DNA of 62,980 nucleotides, counting the filler, from Catajapyx aquilonaris (Eukaryota): the NCBI GenBank assembly GCA_000934665.2. It is 4 parts of 4 records of this genome, joined end to end, with 100 filler letters (N's around TTAATTAATTAA, not from the genome) between each part and the next. Parts side by side here need not be neighbours in the genome. Positions count along the whole stretch, not along the records: positions 31,519 to 47,276 come from JYFJ02007437.1; positions 47,377 to 62,980 come from JYFJ02007438.1; 2 more parts are not named here. One strand, written 5' to 3'. The notes beneath the pieces were generated by a model. The model was not told the origin of the DNA. It saw only the letters and a program-made list of their open reading frames with translations, and did no database searches. A program made the translations under genes and the position numbers. Shown piece by piece: positions 46,072 through 59,021 of this stretch. Every line of letters begins with the position of its first letter. Position 1 is the stretch's first letter.

Positions 46072-47276
46072 TATACAGGGTGACTCGCTTTGCGAGGTGG
46101 TGCGGCTCCGCCCCCCGCTTCCCCCTGCGGGGCTGCGCCCCACTTGCACGCCTTTGGCGCGAATTGGTCGGGTCCCGGGCAGTTCCCTGTCAGTCTCCGT
46201 AACTCTCCGAGGCCCGGTGCAGGTGCGCAGGATTGCAGAAGGCCAACCCAATTAATTTTTAGCAGGCTGGAATTCAGAATACACTTCCTTGGAGTTGGGG
46301 TTGCTATGCTACTGCAATTCTGCCTGTGCCCCACTGCCACTTACAGGGGGGGGACATGAAGTGGACTCTGTCAGATTTGCATGAAACGTGCACAGTAGGT
46401 GTATCACAGGCCTACAATTTCACTGGTATGGGCCATTTTCTGCTACGGCCAGCCGTTGTCAATTTATGAGGGACAATAGATCCGCATGGGTGCGTTCAGG
46501 AGAGTAAGGTGAGGAGACGGAAAGCGTTAGGAAAGCGTGTTGTTCAGTTTCCAGGGGCACACAGCTAGTAAACAACAAGGTAACCAACAGCGCAATTCTC
46601 CAGGGAGGGTTCGAATCATCTTCAGGGCCAAATATTTTTTATGTTTGCTTTTTTTCCGTCTCGCATTACCCTTACCCTGTACCCATAATGCCAACTTCAT
46701 TTATGTGACTCATGTTGCACATATCTTATCGATGTAAAACAATAACCACAACTTTTGACGCAAATCAGGAACTAAACAGAGGGGGTAGCTGCTTCGAAAC
46801 TGATTTACACTTTCGTGCAGACATCTTCCGAAACCATCACCCAGAAAACCACTCGAAACATACTCGAATTCGAGAGAAGCCAACCAAAACCACCATACAC
46901 TCACCCCCTCGCCCTTTGAAATTAGGAATACTCTTTAGCCAATACATCAACACTCTTGTGGAGAAAATTTCAAAAGATATCGCTCACCAGCTAGGCGATA
47001 TTGGGCAGGTGAACACGTGACTCTCAAAATAAAAATCCATGAAACATTGTCGCATTGCATTGCATTGGAAAGGGCTCTCCATTGTGAAATACAAATCAAC
47101 GATTGAAGGAAAACAAGTCAAAAATAATATTAACCCTTACTACTTGGGTGGGGCCTGAGCACCCCCAACCACTATTTAATTAACCCTCAGACGGTGACGT
47201 ACGAAATGTTCGCTCTCCGGTGACGTGGGCACTTTTTGTGACCAAGCCATATTTTTTGTTACATCTGGCTAAATAT

Positions 47277-47376
47277 NNNNNNNNNNNNNNNNNNNNNNNN
47301 NNNNNNNNNNNNNNNNNNNNTTAATTAATTAANNNNNNNNNNNNNNNNNNNNNNNNNNNNNNNNNNNNNNNNNNNN
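47277..47376. other. Artificial assembly linker
   Basis: 44 N + TTAATTAATTAA + 44 N. Confidence 0.95.
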
Positions 47377-47753
47377 CAGGGTGTTTCTAACTAGTCCAGC
47401 CAACACCCGTCAGCATATTCCTTGGGCCAAAACAAGTCGAAAATGTAGGGAGGAGAAATGTCGAGGGACCAACCCTTTACGAGGTAGACGACCAGAAACA
47501 TTGGCCGGTGGTTGCCCAAGTTGCAGGATATGAGCGGTGATAATCACTTCTGTGAAAGAGGCGACCTTGCAAATATTAACAGTCACGATTTTCACGCTCA
47601 TATCCTGCTCCTCCAGCGACCATTGACCAATGTTTCTGGCCAAGGTAATTTTAACGGTTACTCCCCGGACATTTCGCCCCCCTACATTTTTGACTTATTT
47701 TGGCTGAAGGAATAAGCTGACGGCCGTTAGCTGGACTTGTAACAAACACCCTG
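47377..47753. mobile_element. Tc1/mariner-type foldback MITE
   Basis: CAGGGTGTTT...AAACACCCTG-TA with long degenerate arms. Confidence 0.7.
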
Positions 47754-48309
47754 TATATCAAATATAAGAGAATCACCAGGAGAATGCGCCTATGGAGTTA
47801 GGTTTGCTCTAAAATGCAACCAGAAAAACATGTGTGGCATTCGATCAGTCACATGTCCAAACATTTGGCGCCATAAGAATTATTGGTAATTCTGCGCAAC
47901 ATATCTATTATTTTCTCGTGAGCCATGCATGACCCAGGATTGAAACTGAACATATTAAATATTGTATGAGTCACAACTCCTGTCACCAAATATGGCTGCT
48001 CTTATGCAAATACATCGCTAATTGTTGGGGTCTAAATACTTGGGCATGTTACTAACATGTGACCAATGGAATGCCCCACGTATTTCTGGATGCATTTTCG
48101 AGACAAACAAATTCCACAGACACATTCTACTAGTGGTTCTCTTTCATTTGATGTAGTTATATGTTGATTGGGTTTTGACCACTTCCAATAACCGAAAGAA
48201 ATTATCCAAAAAGGCCCCATTTCCACAATTCCGCAGTTTTTCCCCTCCCCACGGTATTTCGTAATTTGGCTGAAACTTGACATGCAGTGTTATGACATAG
48301 ATGTGTACA

Positions 48310-48584
48310 ATGGGCGACATGGTGGCGGAGTGGTTAGCGCCGCAGCCTACCACCTCTAAGGTCCCGAGTTCGATCCCCGGGTCGGACGGAGGATACTTAT
48401 GTGGATAGAGTTTCGATGGGTTCTCTCCGTGTTCGCGTGGGTTTTCTCGGGGTTCTCCCGTTTCCTCCCGCTATCAAATCCATCACAGCGCAGGCAATGA
48501 TTAAAGTCGGTTAAATAAAAGATGATCCCCTAAGAGGCCCAAGGAGGCCTAGCACAGGGTATCCATCATTATTATTATTATATT
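48310..48584 (+). mobile_element. tRNA-derived SINE with V-domain-like core
   Basis: A box TGGCGGAGTGG, B box AGTTCGATCCC, core GTTCTCTCCGTGTTCGCGTGGGTTTTCTCGGGGTTCTCCCGTTTCCTCCC, (ATT)n tail, 15-bp TSD ACATAGRTGTGTACA. Confidence 0.85.
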
Positions 48585-50986
48585 ACATAGGTGTGTACAG
48601 CTGTGATTTCTTTCAGCAAAATCTGAGATGGTCTAGACACATTTAGGCCCACTTGATTGGGAAAAACCGCTATGCTGTTTGAGGATTGATTTGTTGACTG
48701 CCCCAAGGTCAAAAACAAATTCCAGACAAAATGAATGGTCATTATGAGTTACGAGTGACCTAAGAAACACGAAAATGGTGATGAATTTCCATGGACAGAA
48801 AAAAAGTTGATTTTTGTTGTGTGTTATCATAGTTTACCAAAGCATTTAGCATTATTTCACTGCAGAAGCACAAGAAGAGGGAGAAAGGGGGGAAAGGGAG
48901 GTTGGACTGAACACAATGTACCCAACAGCCACATAACACAACAAAACAGGCTGACATGAAAGGCACTTGTGAACTCACCATGCAAGGCAGCCAATAAATG
49001 GATCAGCAGGCCCAGACAACCACTTGGGCAAAATTGTGCACCTGGACAACCAGCACACCTCTCAAATGCATATCCAACACATTATTTCATACAACTCTTC
49101 ACTGATTTATTGAAGTTGTCTTACATGGAAGGAACAATATGCTGCTAACCACCAGGATCGACCAAATTTCACCTTGCCAATGTTGCAACACCAAAATTTT
49201 ACCTAATTTGCATTTACTCCACCTAGGCATTTTTGGCACCTGCTAAACACACCACAATTCTCTCCTTATGCACAATTACTGTTCTACCTGGTGTGTCCTC
49301 AGCTTCCGATTGTGTACACACAAAAATAGGTGGAATCGGCAGATGCCAAAAATGGACTAAGCAGGGTATCCTTTGCTCGTGAAAGGTACATCAGTATCGT
49401 ATACATGATTTCTCATCATAACAATATCAGTCAGTTGGCAGCACTCGTCTAGTCGTCTTTTATACTAAGTAATACTGGTCTTTTGAACGACTAGAAATGA
49501 GGGACTCAAGAATAACTAACCTGCAACAAATGTGATGCAACTGAAATAATTTATAACAATGTAACAGAAATAACAAAATTGTATGATTGATCGGTAATTT
49601 GTAACAAAAAAAAAAAACCACGTGACATTCAGTAAAATTACATTTCCTTTTCTCCCTAACAGATCTTGCACTAGTATAGTCTTGCCATGGTAAAGTACCA
49701 TATTTTATCACAGGTCTAAAAATGAAGTTCCTTCCAAATTCCTTCATTAGTGAGACCAAAAAGCTTACACTTGCCCCATTCCCTTGCTAGGGGAGGAACT
49801 TCCAAGAACTACTGATCCTGTGAGGTGATTCAAGTACACTGCACAATTTACTCCTATAACCACCAAAATACCAATTAGCAACCCTGAATAAAACCAAGTA
49901 AACATAGCTGAGCAATGTATCAAGCAATTTACTGACATGCATGATGCTTAGAAATGCAACTCAAAAGCCCACCAGTCCTGGAATGGAACTCATCACATGG
50001 TAACACTGCACTGGAAATATGATTTACTTCAACATTGTTTATTACAACTCAATGGTGTCAGTCTTGTAATTTCAGTGGCTAGTTTGGTGTTATTTTCAGT
50101 TTACTGAAGCACTTTTCATATTTATAGTAATCTTATGTGACACAATGTATCACAGCTTCCAATCCTGCCTGTCAACAATCTGCCAGCAGTTAGTATTGAA
50201 TGTTGGGAAGTTTACATGTGCATCATTATAAGTTTTCATTCGCAACAGATGGAAACAAGGACCCATCAACTTTGTCCTCATTCTACCTTATTCTTGAAAA
50301 TGGAGGGCGTTTTGAGTACTCCTGTGCTGTATGGGTCGGCCTAATGCTTGTAAATCAACAATAACTGGTCTTCTGTGAATAACTGCAACTATTACTCTTC
50401 AATAAAATAGCTACACTGCACAAAACACGGTTTCTGGCACTGACATGATCAAACAGTTTTTAAAACTTTCAGGGGTTCAGAAGACACTCCAAGAACACTT
50501 CTGAATTGCACAAGTTCATATTTGACATATGAAAAGTTTTCCCTCATACTGCAAAAATCCCTCCATTTCTTTCAAATTAAGAAGGAATGGCACAAAGTAG
50601 AGTTGGGCATACCTGCTGTTATTTGAAAAAATCAAATAATGATGCACAAGATTTGTGATCTTTCAACAGTTTTCTTTTACTGCTGCAGGGTTCATAAATA
50701 TCCACAACAGAAATTACTATACACAACAACATTACCCAAATCAAGCAGTCTTTAACATGTGAACACTCATTTTCAGACCCCATGTATTCTGCCCTGGTGT
50801 TTGCATTCCCTAAAGTTGCATTTCAATTCACAACAGCCAAGTGACTAATCATTATTGTACCATTACACAAACTAAATGTTGGACACGTTGGTCATTTTAC
50901 CACTACCAGAAAAATACTATTACTGTGCCCTGCAATTGTTAGTTGTTCTGCATTCCACAGTTCCAAAAGCCTTCCAAGACCCTTGT

Positions 50987-53900
50987 TCATTCTACGTACA
51001 CGATTCGCATAGTATTGGTGAAGCCAGTGCCCTGCTTCCATCCTGTCACCACAATGATGGCATCTCCAGTCTTCACCACACCACGTTGTTTACCAAAGTC
51101 AATTCCAGCTTGGACACGGGCATCAACATCTTTCATCCAGTCGGCATTACGGTCAGCTAAAAAGGAGCAATCTATAGATAATATCCTCTAGGGAACACGC
51201 CTACAACTTGCCATGCATAAATTTAACTTTGATAACAAGCCAGGAAAAATTTGATTGTGGTTTAAAGAGATATGACAGTCAAGCTGTCAGCCTGTGAAAA
51301 ATGATGCCAACACTGCAGTCTCAAGTGTAACTATAATAATCTCTCCTTACATGCAGAAAAGCTGCTCACAACTTGCTATTTCAAAACATCCTGTATATGA
51401 AATTGCACTCTTATTGCAGTGACAAAATAATGTAGAATGGAAGAAGTTTTACATATTTCCTGTCAAATGTCTAGTTTTAAAGGAAGTCAAGCAAGAAGTC
51501 AAGTCATATTTTTATCCCACTTCATGTTATTTATTATAATTATGATCTTGGCAGTGTGGCCCTTACTAGAAGCCTTACTGGCTACCTCGCTACTTACTGG
51601 AGTAAAATAGAGGCAAAATCCCACGCCACAAGTGGCATTGGCGAGCCACTTGCAGGAAGCGTGTCACGGCTATGATGGGGCACCGTGGCCGATACTTGGA
51701 AATCATATGCGCTGAGCGTCCTGTGGTAGTGATTACGATAATTGCAGCTGCCATGCACTTCATGGAAGCACCCACGGTGGCAATGGCAGTGGTGTGAGTT
51801 GAGTCTAACGGTGCTGTGTTCTGTTAAAAGGATATTAAGTTGCATGACTTATCAGTATTAATGGAATAACAATGCAAGCTGCAGAGCAGAAGCATTATAT
51901 TTTTCATCGCTCCCTTTTGGCTGACCACAAACTAGGAGATGGATCACCAGCGACAGCTCTCACAATATAAAGTTCATGCTATCAAACTTCCACCCCAACC
52001 TGCACTTTCCCTTGTTCAACACCACTGCTAATCACTAAAAAATTCAAGTGCTGCTAGGAAACAAGCAATGACACACAACATTGACGAAGAGCTGTGCATA
52101 CAGGTTGAATAGGTGACCACTGCTTTTAATACCACCTAGTTTGCACCTGGCCTGGTAACCATGTAAATTGGAAAATATTGAATGATTGTGAAATGCTTTC
52201 GCCACAATTTAAAGATTTTAATAACTTCAATGCAATGATCTTAAAAAGCAATAGAAATACTGTGAGCAAAATATGCATGTTTTTTTGCCTACCCAACACT
52301 ATCCACTACCCCAAATATATTCATTCCAGGGCAACACAGTGGTCAAGTGGTTATGATACTGGCCAGTCAAGCAGGACGTCTGATGTTCAAATCCTGTCCC
52401 TGCCTCCTTTGCTTGGTCAGGTCTTTATCCACTTTTCTATCAAATGTCTGTGGAGACTTATATATTATTTTCTCTGCCCAAGTCTAAGAGAAAAGGCCAG
52501 GTGTTTCCAATGATCTGAAATGACTTGATAACTTCCCAGGTCCTCTATTATTAACCTTCCCCTTCCCCCAATTTAAGCTGATGTGTAACATTATTTCTAA
52601 TAAAGATTTATGCTATATCTGAATGGTGAAAAGCACTAATCAATATTTAGATTCCTGTGACTAAGTAATAATTGACACAAGGTTAGTACAAGATGGATAA
52701 ATCATGATTGCCTCTACCTCAGGAAAGTAATTCTTGATTTGAGGGGAGTAAGGGCACAAAACAAGAGTGAGAGCATCAGCACAGGTGGCCAGAGAGGTGG
52801 TACAGTGTGCACAACATGCTACCCACTTGTTTGAGTTCCTCTCATCAGGAGGAACTAACCTTGCATCAAGCAGTAATGCGAGCCTAGCTCCCCCTCAATA
52901 ATAAACCCTCTAAGGAAATACCAAGCACGCACCCTGTTGGAAAGGTCGACAAAAAGCTGTTTGTGCCACAAGGCTGCTTCTGCTTCTTTGCTGATGTTGG
53001 CCATAGTGCGAACGCACTCAAGAGGGTAGTCTCCCTTTGCTGTTTCCCCACTCAACATGACACAGTCAGCTCCATCCAATATGGCATTAGCCACATCTGA
53101 CACCTCAGCACGAGTTGGACGAGGCTTCTTGGTCATGGATTCTAACATCTGTGTAGCACAGATCACTGGTTTTCCTTCCTGAAATGGTTCATGTTGAGCT
53201 CAATTCTTACTCCCAGAACTAACTTGCCTACCTTATTGCACTTGGCAATCATGGTCTTCTGAGCCAAGAACACCTTCTCAGGTGGGATCTCAATTCCAAG
53301 ATCTCCACGAGCAACCATAATGCCATCAGATTCGTCAATAATGGAGTCCAGATTCTTCACACCCTGGTGGTTTTCAATCTTGGAGATGATCATTATTGAC
53401 TTCCCTTCCTCACCTAAATGGATGAAAATAATTATGACAAAACAATACCATGATAGTGATCTTGATTTACTCACCAAGGATGTCACGAATTGCCTTTACA
53501 CCTGCAGCATCACGAATGAAGCTAGCAAACACCATGTCTACCCCCTGTTGCACTCCAAATAGTAGGTCTGACTTGTCCTTCTCTGAGACTGGAGGCAGGT
53601 CAACTGGGACACCAGGCAAATTCACACCCTTACGACTGCCCAAAACACCTCCATTTTCAATTTCGCAGTCAACAAAATTATCTCCTGCAAAATGAATCAC
53701 CCATGAGTACACAATAACCAGTAAAGCAATTCTGAGTAAGGTTTGGCAAGTGTGCTCACCAATGTTTCTAACAACAAGGGAAACAAGGCCGTCATCAACA
53801 AAGACTCGGTTCCCAACCTTGAGTACCTTGGTGATGTTAACATAATCAACATAAAGCAACTTTGCTGTGCATTTCTCAAGGTTGGCTGGATCTGTGGTAA

Positions 53901-55789
53901 GGCGTACTGTTTCACCCTTCACCATTTCCACTTCCGCATTGGTTCCCTTTAAAAAAATTCACTTTATAAATCACTTTTATGTACAAAAAAATTTGCCCTT
54001 CTATATGCGCAATAAAGGTCCATCTCTCAGGTGCACAGTGCATCAGAGATACACTACACAGCTGCATGTGTGCCACTGAGAGGGTCATTGCAATAATTTG
54101 ACCCCTGCTTTCTTCAAATCACTAAAACTTACCGCTTCCAGAACTCCAGTCCTAATTTCTGGGCCCTTGGTGTCCAAGGCAATGGCCAATGGATACTGCA
54201 TTCCAAGAGTAGCGCTGTACATTTCCACAGCCTTTCGCATATTTACTATGGTTTCAGCATGATACTCATGTGTTCCATGGCTGAAGTTTAGCCGAGCGAT
54301 GTTCATTCCTGTCTCCATCATTTTTACCAACATTTCCGGAGAGCGGGAAGCTGGGCCTGTTTAAATGAACAATTATAACACAACTTTAGCTTTCCATTGA
54401 GTTGCTTGAGTACAAGGCAAGTCCAATTATGCATTACTATTAATCTCAATAGTAAACTTGCTCTCAGGTGTCATTGTGGGTAGAGGAGAGCAGGTTAGGT
54501 TTGGTTCATTGGGGGAGCCAATGCATCAGGAGTTCTGAGGTCTGGGAAGAAAAGGATAGTGATGAAGGGGTTTTTGGACAATGAGAGGAAACAGTAGAAC
54601 CCTGAGAAAACTCACTGAGAATCCCCAGCAATTATTCCCATACAAGAAGATGCTCCATGTGACCAACAGATCAAACTTGTGACCTCCAAGGTAGAAGGCC
54701 ACATGGTATGGTAGAGAGTAGAACTTCACATTTTCCATGCATACTAGAGAGGCATATGCCTCATGTACTATATCGCTCAAAAACATAGACGATTTTGCAT
54801 TTGACTCAAGTGCAGCCTGCACTTGAATCAAATGCAAAATCGTCTCTATGTTTTTGAGCGATATAGTATAGTTCTTGTATGCAAATCTATGGATGGTGTT
54901 TCCTTTCTTTCTCATGTCAGAAGAGAGGGAGGGAGGGGGGGAGAGGGGGGAGAGAGAGAGTTGCCATTAAATCAAAAGGCCCCGTTTAACCACTGAAGAC
55001 AGATTGAGAGTTTAAATGACAAATATGTTATTCCCGCTTGACGACAATTAATCAACAATCATTAAACCCTCAGCAGAATGCCTCCTTTCCAGGGAACATT
55101 GGCCCTAAATCACTGCTTCCCAATCTGTTTCACTGGTGAATTTTGGAGCATGAGTATGAGCATATGGTTCACACAAGAAGTAACAATAAAAAATGGCTAC
55201 TTTTACAGGTCTTTCTCTCACACATGCAGGCTTGGACCACATATCCTCTATTTTTAATTTTTACTGGGCCATTGAAATGCATAAGAGACTTGCAGCCTCT
55301 ACAATATATTATGAACCACCCTGTATACTGGAAATTCAATAATTGTCAATGTAGGCTTACTGGAAATTTATTTTATGGCCGAGCATAATTATCCTAGATG
55401 ACACTTTTAAACTGTATAATTATATATTCTGACATTCATGAGCCTCGTCGATCTCACTTGAGATCTTCTTTGGGCAGAGCTGCGGTGTATCATGCAATTT
55501 CCATGAGCGTTTAAGGAAACATGTATGTAAGACATACAACATGTTTTATTTACGGCCTCTTACGTACTGCATGTTATTATATGTACTGTTGCCTGCCCTG
55601 GTCTAAATTTATTTTTCCTTGTACAAGTATCTTTTATGCAATAATGAATTTCTCACCTATGGTGCAGACAATTCCTGAGAGACGAATTCGAGGTGCCTTG
55701 GAGTCGATATCAAGGGCACACATGTGGTCTAAGTGTGTCATGGCATCGGCAGCCTGCATTTGATTCTGGGGAACTTCGGAGCTTGACAT
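50987..55789 (-). CDS. Pyk: Pyruvate kinase, 8 coding exons, 524 aa
   Basis: Exons 55789-55657, 54356-54133, 53946-53760, 53684-53475, 53413-53232, 53178-52933, 51820-51598, 51156-50987 (1575 nt, all GT-AG, phases consistent). Motifs [62 protein letters not shown]. The ATG directly follows an acceptor, so an upstream exon probably exists. Confidence 0.97.
52329..52510 (+). mobile_element. Degenerate tRNA-derived SINE in a Pyk intron
   Basis: Decayed A and B boxes TGGTCAAGTGG and TGTTCAAATCC. Confidence 0.45.
54560..54715 (-). mobile_element. Old decayed V-domain SINE copy
   Basis: Minus strand reads GAGGTCACAAGTTTGATC...GTGAGTTTTCTCAGGGTTCTACTGTTTCCTCTCA, a CpG-decayed version of 48310-48584. 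Confidence 0.55.
54766..54868. repeat. 103-bp near-perfect hairpin (mini-MITE)
   Basis: TACTATATCGCTCAAAAACATAG...GTGCAG-C-CTGCAC...CTATGTTTTTGAGCGATATAGTA. Confidence 0.85.
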
Positions 55790-56101
55790 CTAGAAAAATA
55801 AGTCCTCATTATACAAAATGTACTTTAACAGTGACACCTCTCTAGATAATTCTAACACATAACATGTCAAAAACTACTTAAACAACAATAATGGTACTAT
55901 TTATAAAAAATTTGTATGTAATTCACTTATTAGATTACCACTACATGGACAAATTCTGCTTGAATCAATTATATCCATTTTTGATAGAATGAAGGATTTA
56001 CACAACAATGGGGGTGCTCAGGGCTGTATACCAGAATTAACCTGCCATCTGCATGTAAAACATAGAATTTGATGAATCAGATGCACATTAAAGATCAATT
56101 A

Positions 56102-56679
56102 TGAAGGTCATACTAAAATGATTTACACTTTATTTTTTTACCACAAATATAGGGCCCTTGCAGGTTGGCAGAGAGGCACATATTATCGATGGAACCGTCC
56201 TGGAGCTGAATGCACTGGCATCATAGGTATGTCAACATCTCCAGGCCCCCCAAAAACCCCTTTTTGGAGGTGCAGCACACCCACTGGCAGACTACTGCTC
56301 ACAGGCAACAAATATCAACAACGTCCTCAAAATGGCATTGGTGAAGGGTGTTTTCATGGATCCACCTTTGGGTGTTTCCACACCCGCACTACTCCCTCAG
56401 CCTGGCCCCAGTGACTTTCAACTATCTGGATCCATGAAAAAAACCCTCTGCCAACACCATTTCAAGGATATTGTTGAACAGGAAGCGGATGTCCAGGAGT
56501 GGGTGCGCTGCACCTCCAAAAAGTGGTTCTTGGAGGACCTGGAGAGGTTGACATACTATGACGCCAGTGCATTCGGCTCCAGGAGGGTTCTATCGATAAT
56601 GTGTGCCTATCTCCTGATCTACATGGGGCCTGCATTGTGGCAAAAAAATTAAGTGTAAATCATTTTAGTATGGCTCTTG
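56102..56679 (+). mobile_element. mariner-derived MITE with duplicated 3' ends
   Basis: TA-flanked, arms of about 185 bp; internal remnant YS..LAPSDFQL.GSMKKTL...F......V.EW (mariner YSPDLAPxD C-terminus). Confidence 0.8.
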
Positions 56680-57861
56680 TATTTTATCAAACTCAAATAG
56701 TACTATCACAGACTGAAAATTTAGCTCTCTCCTCATGCATAATAAGCATCACAAAGGGGTATGTCATCTAAAACCAATTGAAAGTTTCAGCTTGAATGGT
56801 TCAAGAATGTTTCCACATTTGCCACATGGCATGGTCAGAGAATTTGCAACTGTTTTTACAACACAGCAAGTTAATTCTGGAATACCCTGTACACACCAGG
56901 TTTCATCTCTAAACAATAACATGAACACTACGTTACTCATACCACAATATTTAATGGTAGTTTGCACCCACCATTCGCTACGGACACTAACAAATCCTGC
57001 TTGAATAGAAATGATCAATGTCTTCAAAATTACCACTTTGATGGCATTCACATGTCACTAACATTTAAGTATCATGAGGTGATCCACAATGATAGGATGA
57101 TTTAATTTTCTACACTAGCTACTAAGTTGGTACTGCATTGGTAAGTCTACAATAGTAGGATCATGATGCTTATAAAACCTTATTGGTTTTCTCATATTTT
57201 CATGTGTATGAGTCTGGGGGATGGAATCATGACTCACAATTTTGCTTGAACTCAATTTCCTGATCAATCCACTTCCTAGTCTAAATGACTCACAATTAAT
57301 TATCATGTTCAGCATTTTAACCGTGGTTTACATTTAAATTTTCAAGAGCACATGTAGTATGTGCTGATTGCAAAACAGGTACCTAAGTTACAAATGAAAT
57401 CAAATTGATTGCAATGCAAACAATGTTGACATCTTGAGAGCAAGAAATAGAAATGGTGTTTCTGTGTCCAATTAGACAGTCCAAAGAGGGTGGGCAAGGG
57501 AGAATTGATGGATTACTCACTCCTGGGCTGTATTTGAACTGCAGTCCAGACGCGGCCCAAGATTTCTCAGATATGCGGGAAAAAGTGCACTAGTCAAAAT
57601 AATAATTTCTTGACTTATGCGCTTTTCCCCCCTGAATCCGAGCATTCACCTCTATAAATAATCCACCTCATTGATAAGACTTGGATTGGGGGGGGGGGGG
57701 GGGGGNTTTTTTGACTTATGCACTTTTTCCCGCGCATCTGAGATTTAAGGCTTCCTTCACCTTTTGCATTTCTTTTTGCACATGTACAACGTGCACATTG
57801 GCTATTCTCCCCTGTCCTCCATACTAGACTGTCAACTTGGCACAGCAACACCCCCTATTAA

Positions 57862-59021
57862 GGTGGATATGAAGCTACCTCCCTAGTCAATTCAGTGTCT
57901 AGAACAAAAACGTTAATTAGAGCAGTTAAATTCGGGGAAACATATGCATCTAATGCAGTAGTGGATGCTGAGGAATAATATGCATTCCATTTTAAAATCC
58001 ACCGTAAACTCGATTTGTTGCAGGGCAAAACCTAGTTCACTTGCAACACATTGCCAACCTACTGGAATGTACACACCAGAATTTTTAGTTTGCCATAGGC
58101 AGCATATTTAGGATCAAAGGCGACGGTAGTGGGTGACAGTTACGAGGCTCTACAATGTCGTGTTACATCCATTACATAATACACATTATCTTCGGAAAGG
58201 GAGGGGGATAAGTATAGGCTTTAATTTACGGTAAGTTGGTAACCAGTGTTGACATAAAAATGGCAACGCCGCTCTCGCGGTCTCGCCCCTCCCCCTGTCC
58301 AAGATGGCGCGTTCGGCGCGTGTTCCAAATGCACGATGATCTGGCTAGGTTATAGTGTATTTGTGCGCTTAGCGACGCCCGTGTCGTGCTCCTGTGGAGG
58401 TTGTGGGGGCAGGAGGGTCTCCGAGGGCGGACGACGCAGTCAGATTGTATAGTCAGCAAAAAGTTGCGACAGGGTCCTGAGATAACATGAGTTTGGTCTT
58501 AACATCTAATTCTAATTTTTATTTTATTTATTACACTGGTTATTAACTGGTTGTGATCACATATTTCAAATTCGGACACTCTGCGCGCCATTTCGTAGGA
58601 AAATCACTTTAATAAACAAACACTACCATGGATACAACATCCCCCCTTCTCGTGCAGGAGGCCATGTTGCCACTTCTCCCGTGCCTCAGGCGAGCGTCGC
58701 ACCATTTTTCTTTTTTCCACGATAACAATTTAAATCATTCGGTTTGATATGTTTTTTTTGCGTTCTTTGTAATTACTATACTATTCTTCACATTTCACAT
58801 ATATTACTTTCAAACTGTCTAATTGTGAAGATGCTTTAAAATAAAGTTTTAATTTAACATACGAGCTTATGGACAGTCGGCACATTCTGAGCCATTTTGC
58901 GAGCTTATTTGCCCGGTTAGGGGTGATTTTTTTTCCACCATTGGGAAGAGGGCTTCTTACTCTATAAACCCTGTGAATTTCAAAACGATGTCAAATTGTG
59001 AGCCTTAGCTTCATATCCACC
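57862..59021. mobile_element. Non-autonomous Kolobok-like DNA transposon, 1160 bp
   Basis: TTAA TSD and perfect 16-bp TIR GGTGGATATGAAGCTA (RR...YY termini, not the CCY of piggyBac). Confidence 0.75.

Noticed and set aside
47377..50986. Expected MAD1 3' exons convergent with Pyk
   Set aside because: No MAD1 C-terminal motifs found; the linker separates the pieces.
52776..52857. Minus-strand CTGATGA...CTGA in a Pyk intron (hammerhead or C/D snoRNA candidate)
   Set aside because: The hammerhead lacks the G of GAAA; the C box is not RTGATGA, and there is no terminal stem or recognised rRNA complement.
51821..52932. PKM1/PKM2-like mutually exclusive exon in Pyk
   Set aside because: No duplicated exon with splice sites and similarity to 51820-51598 was found.
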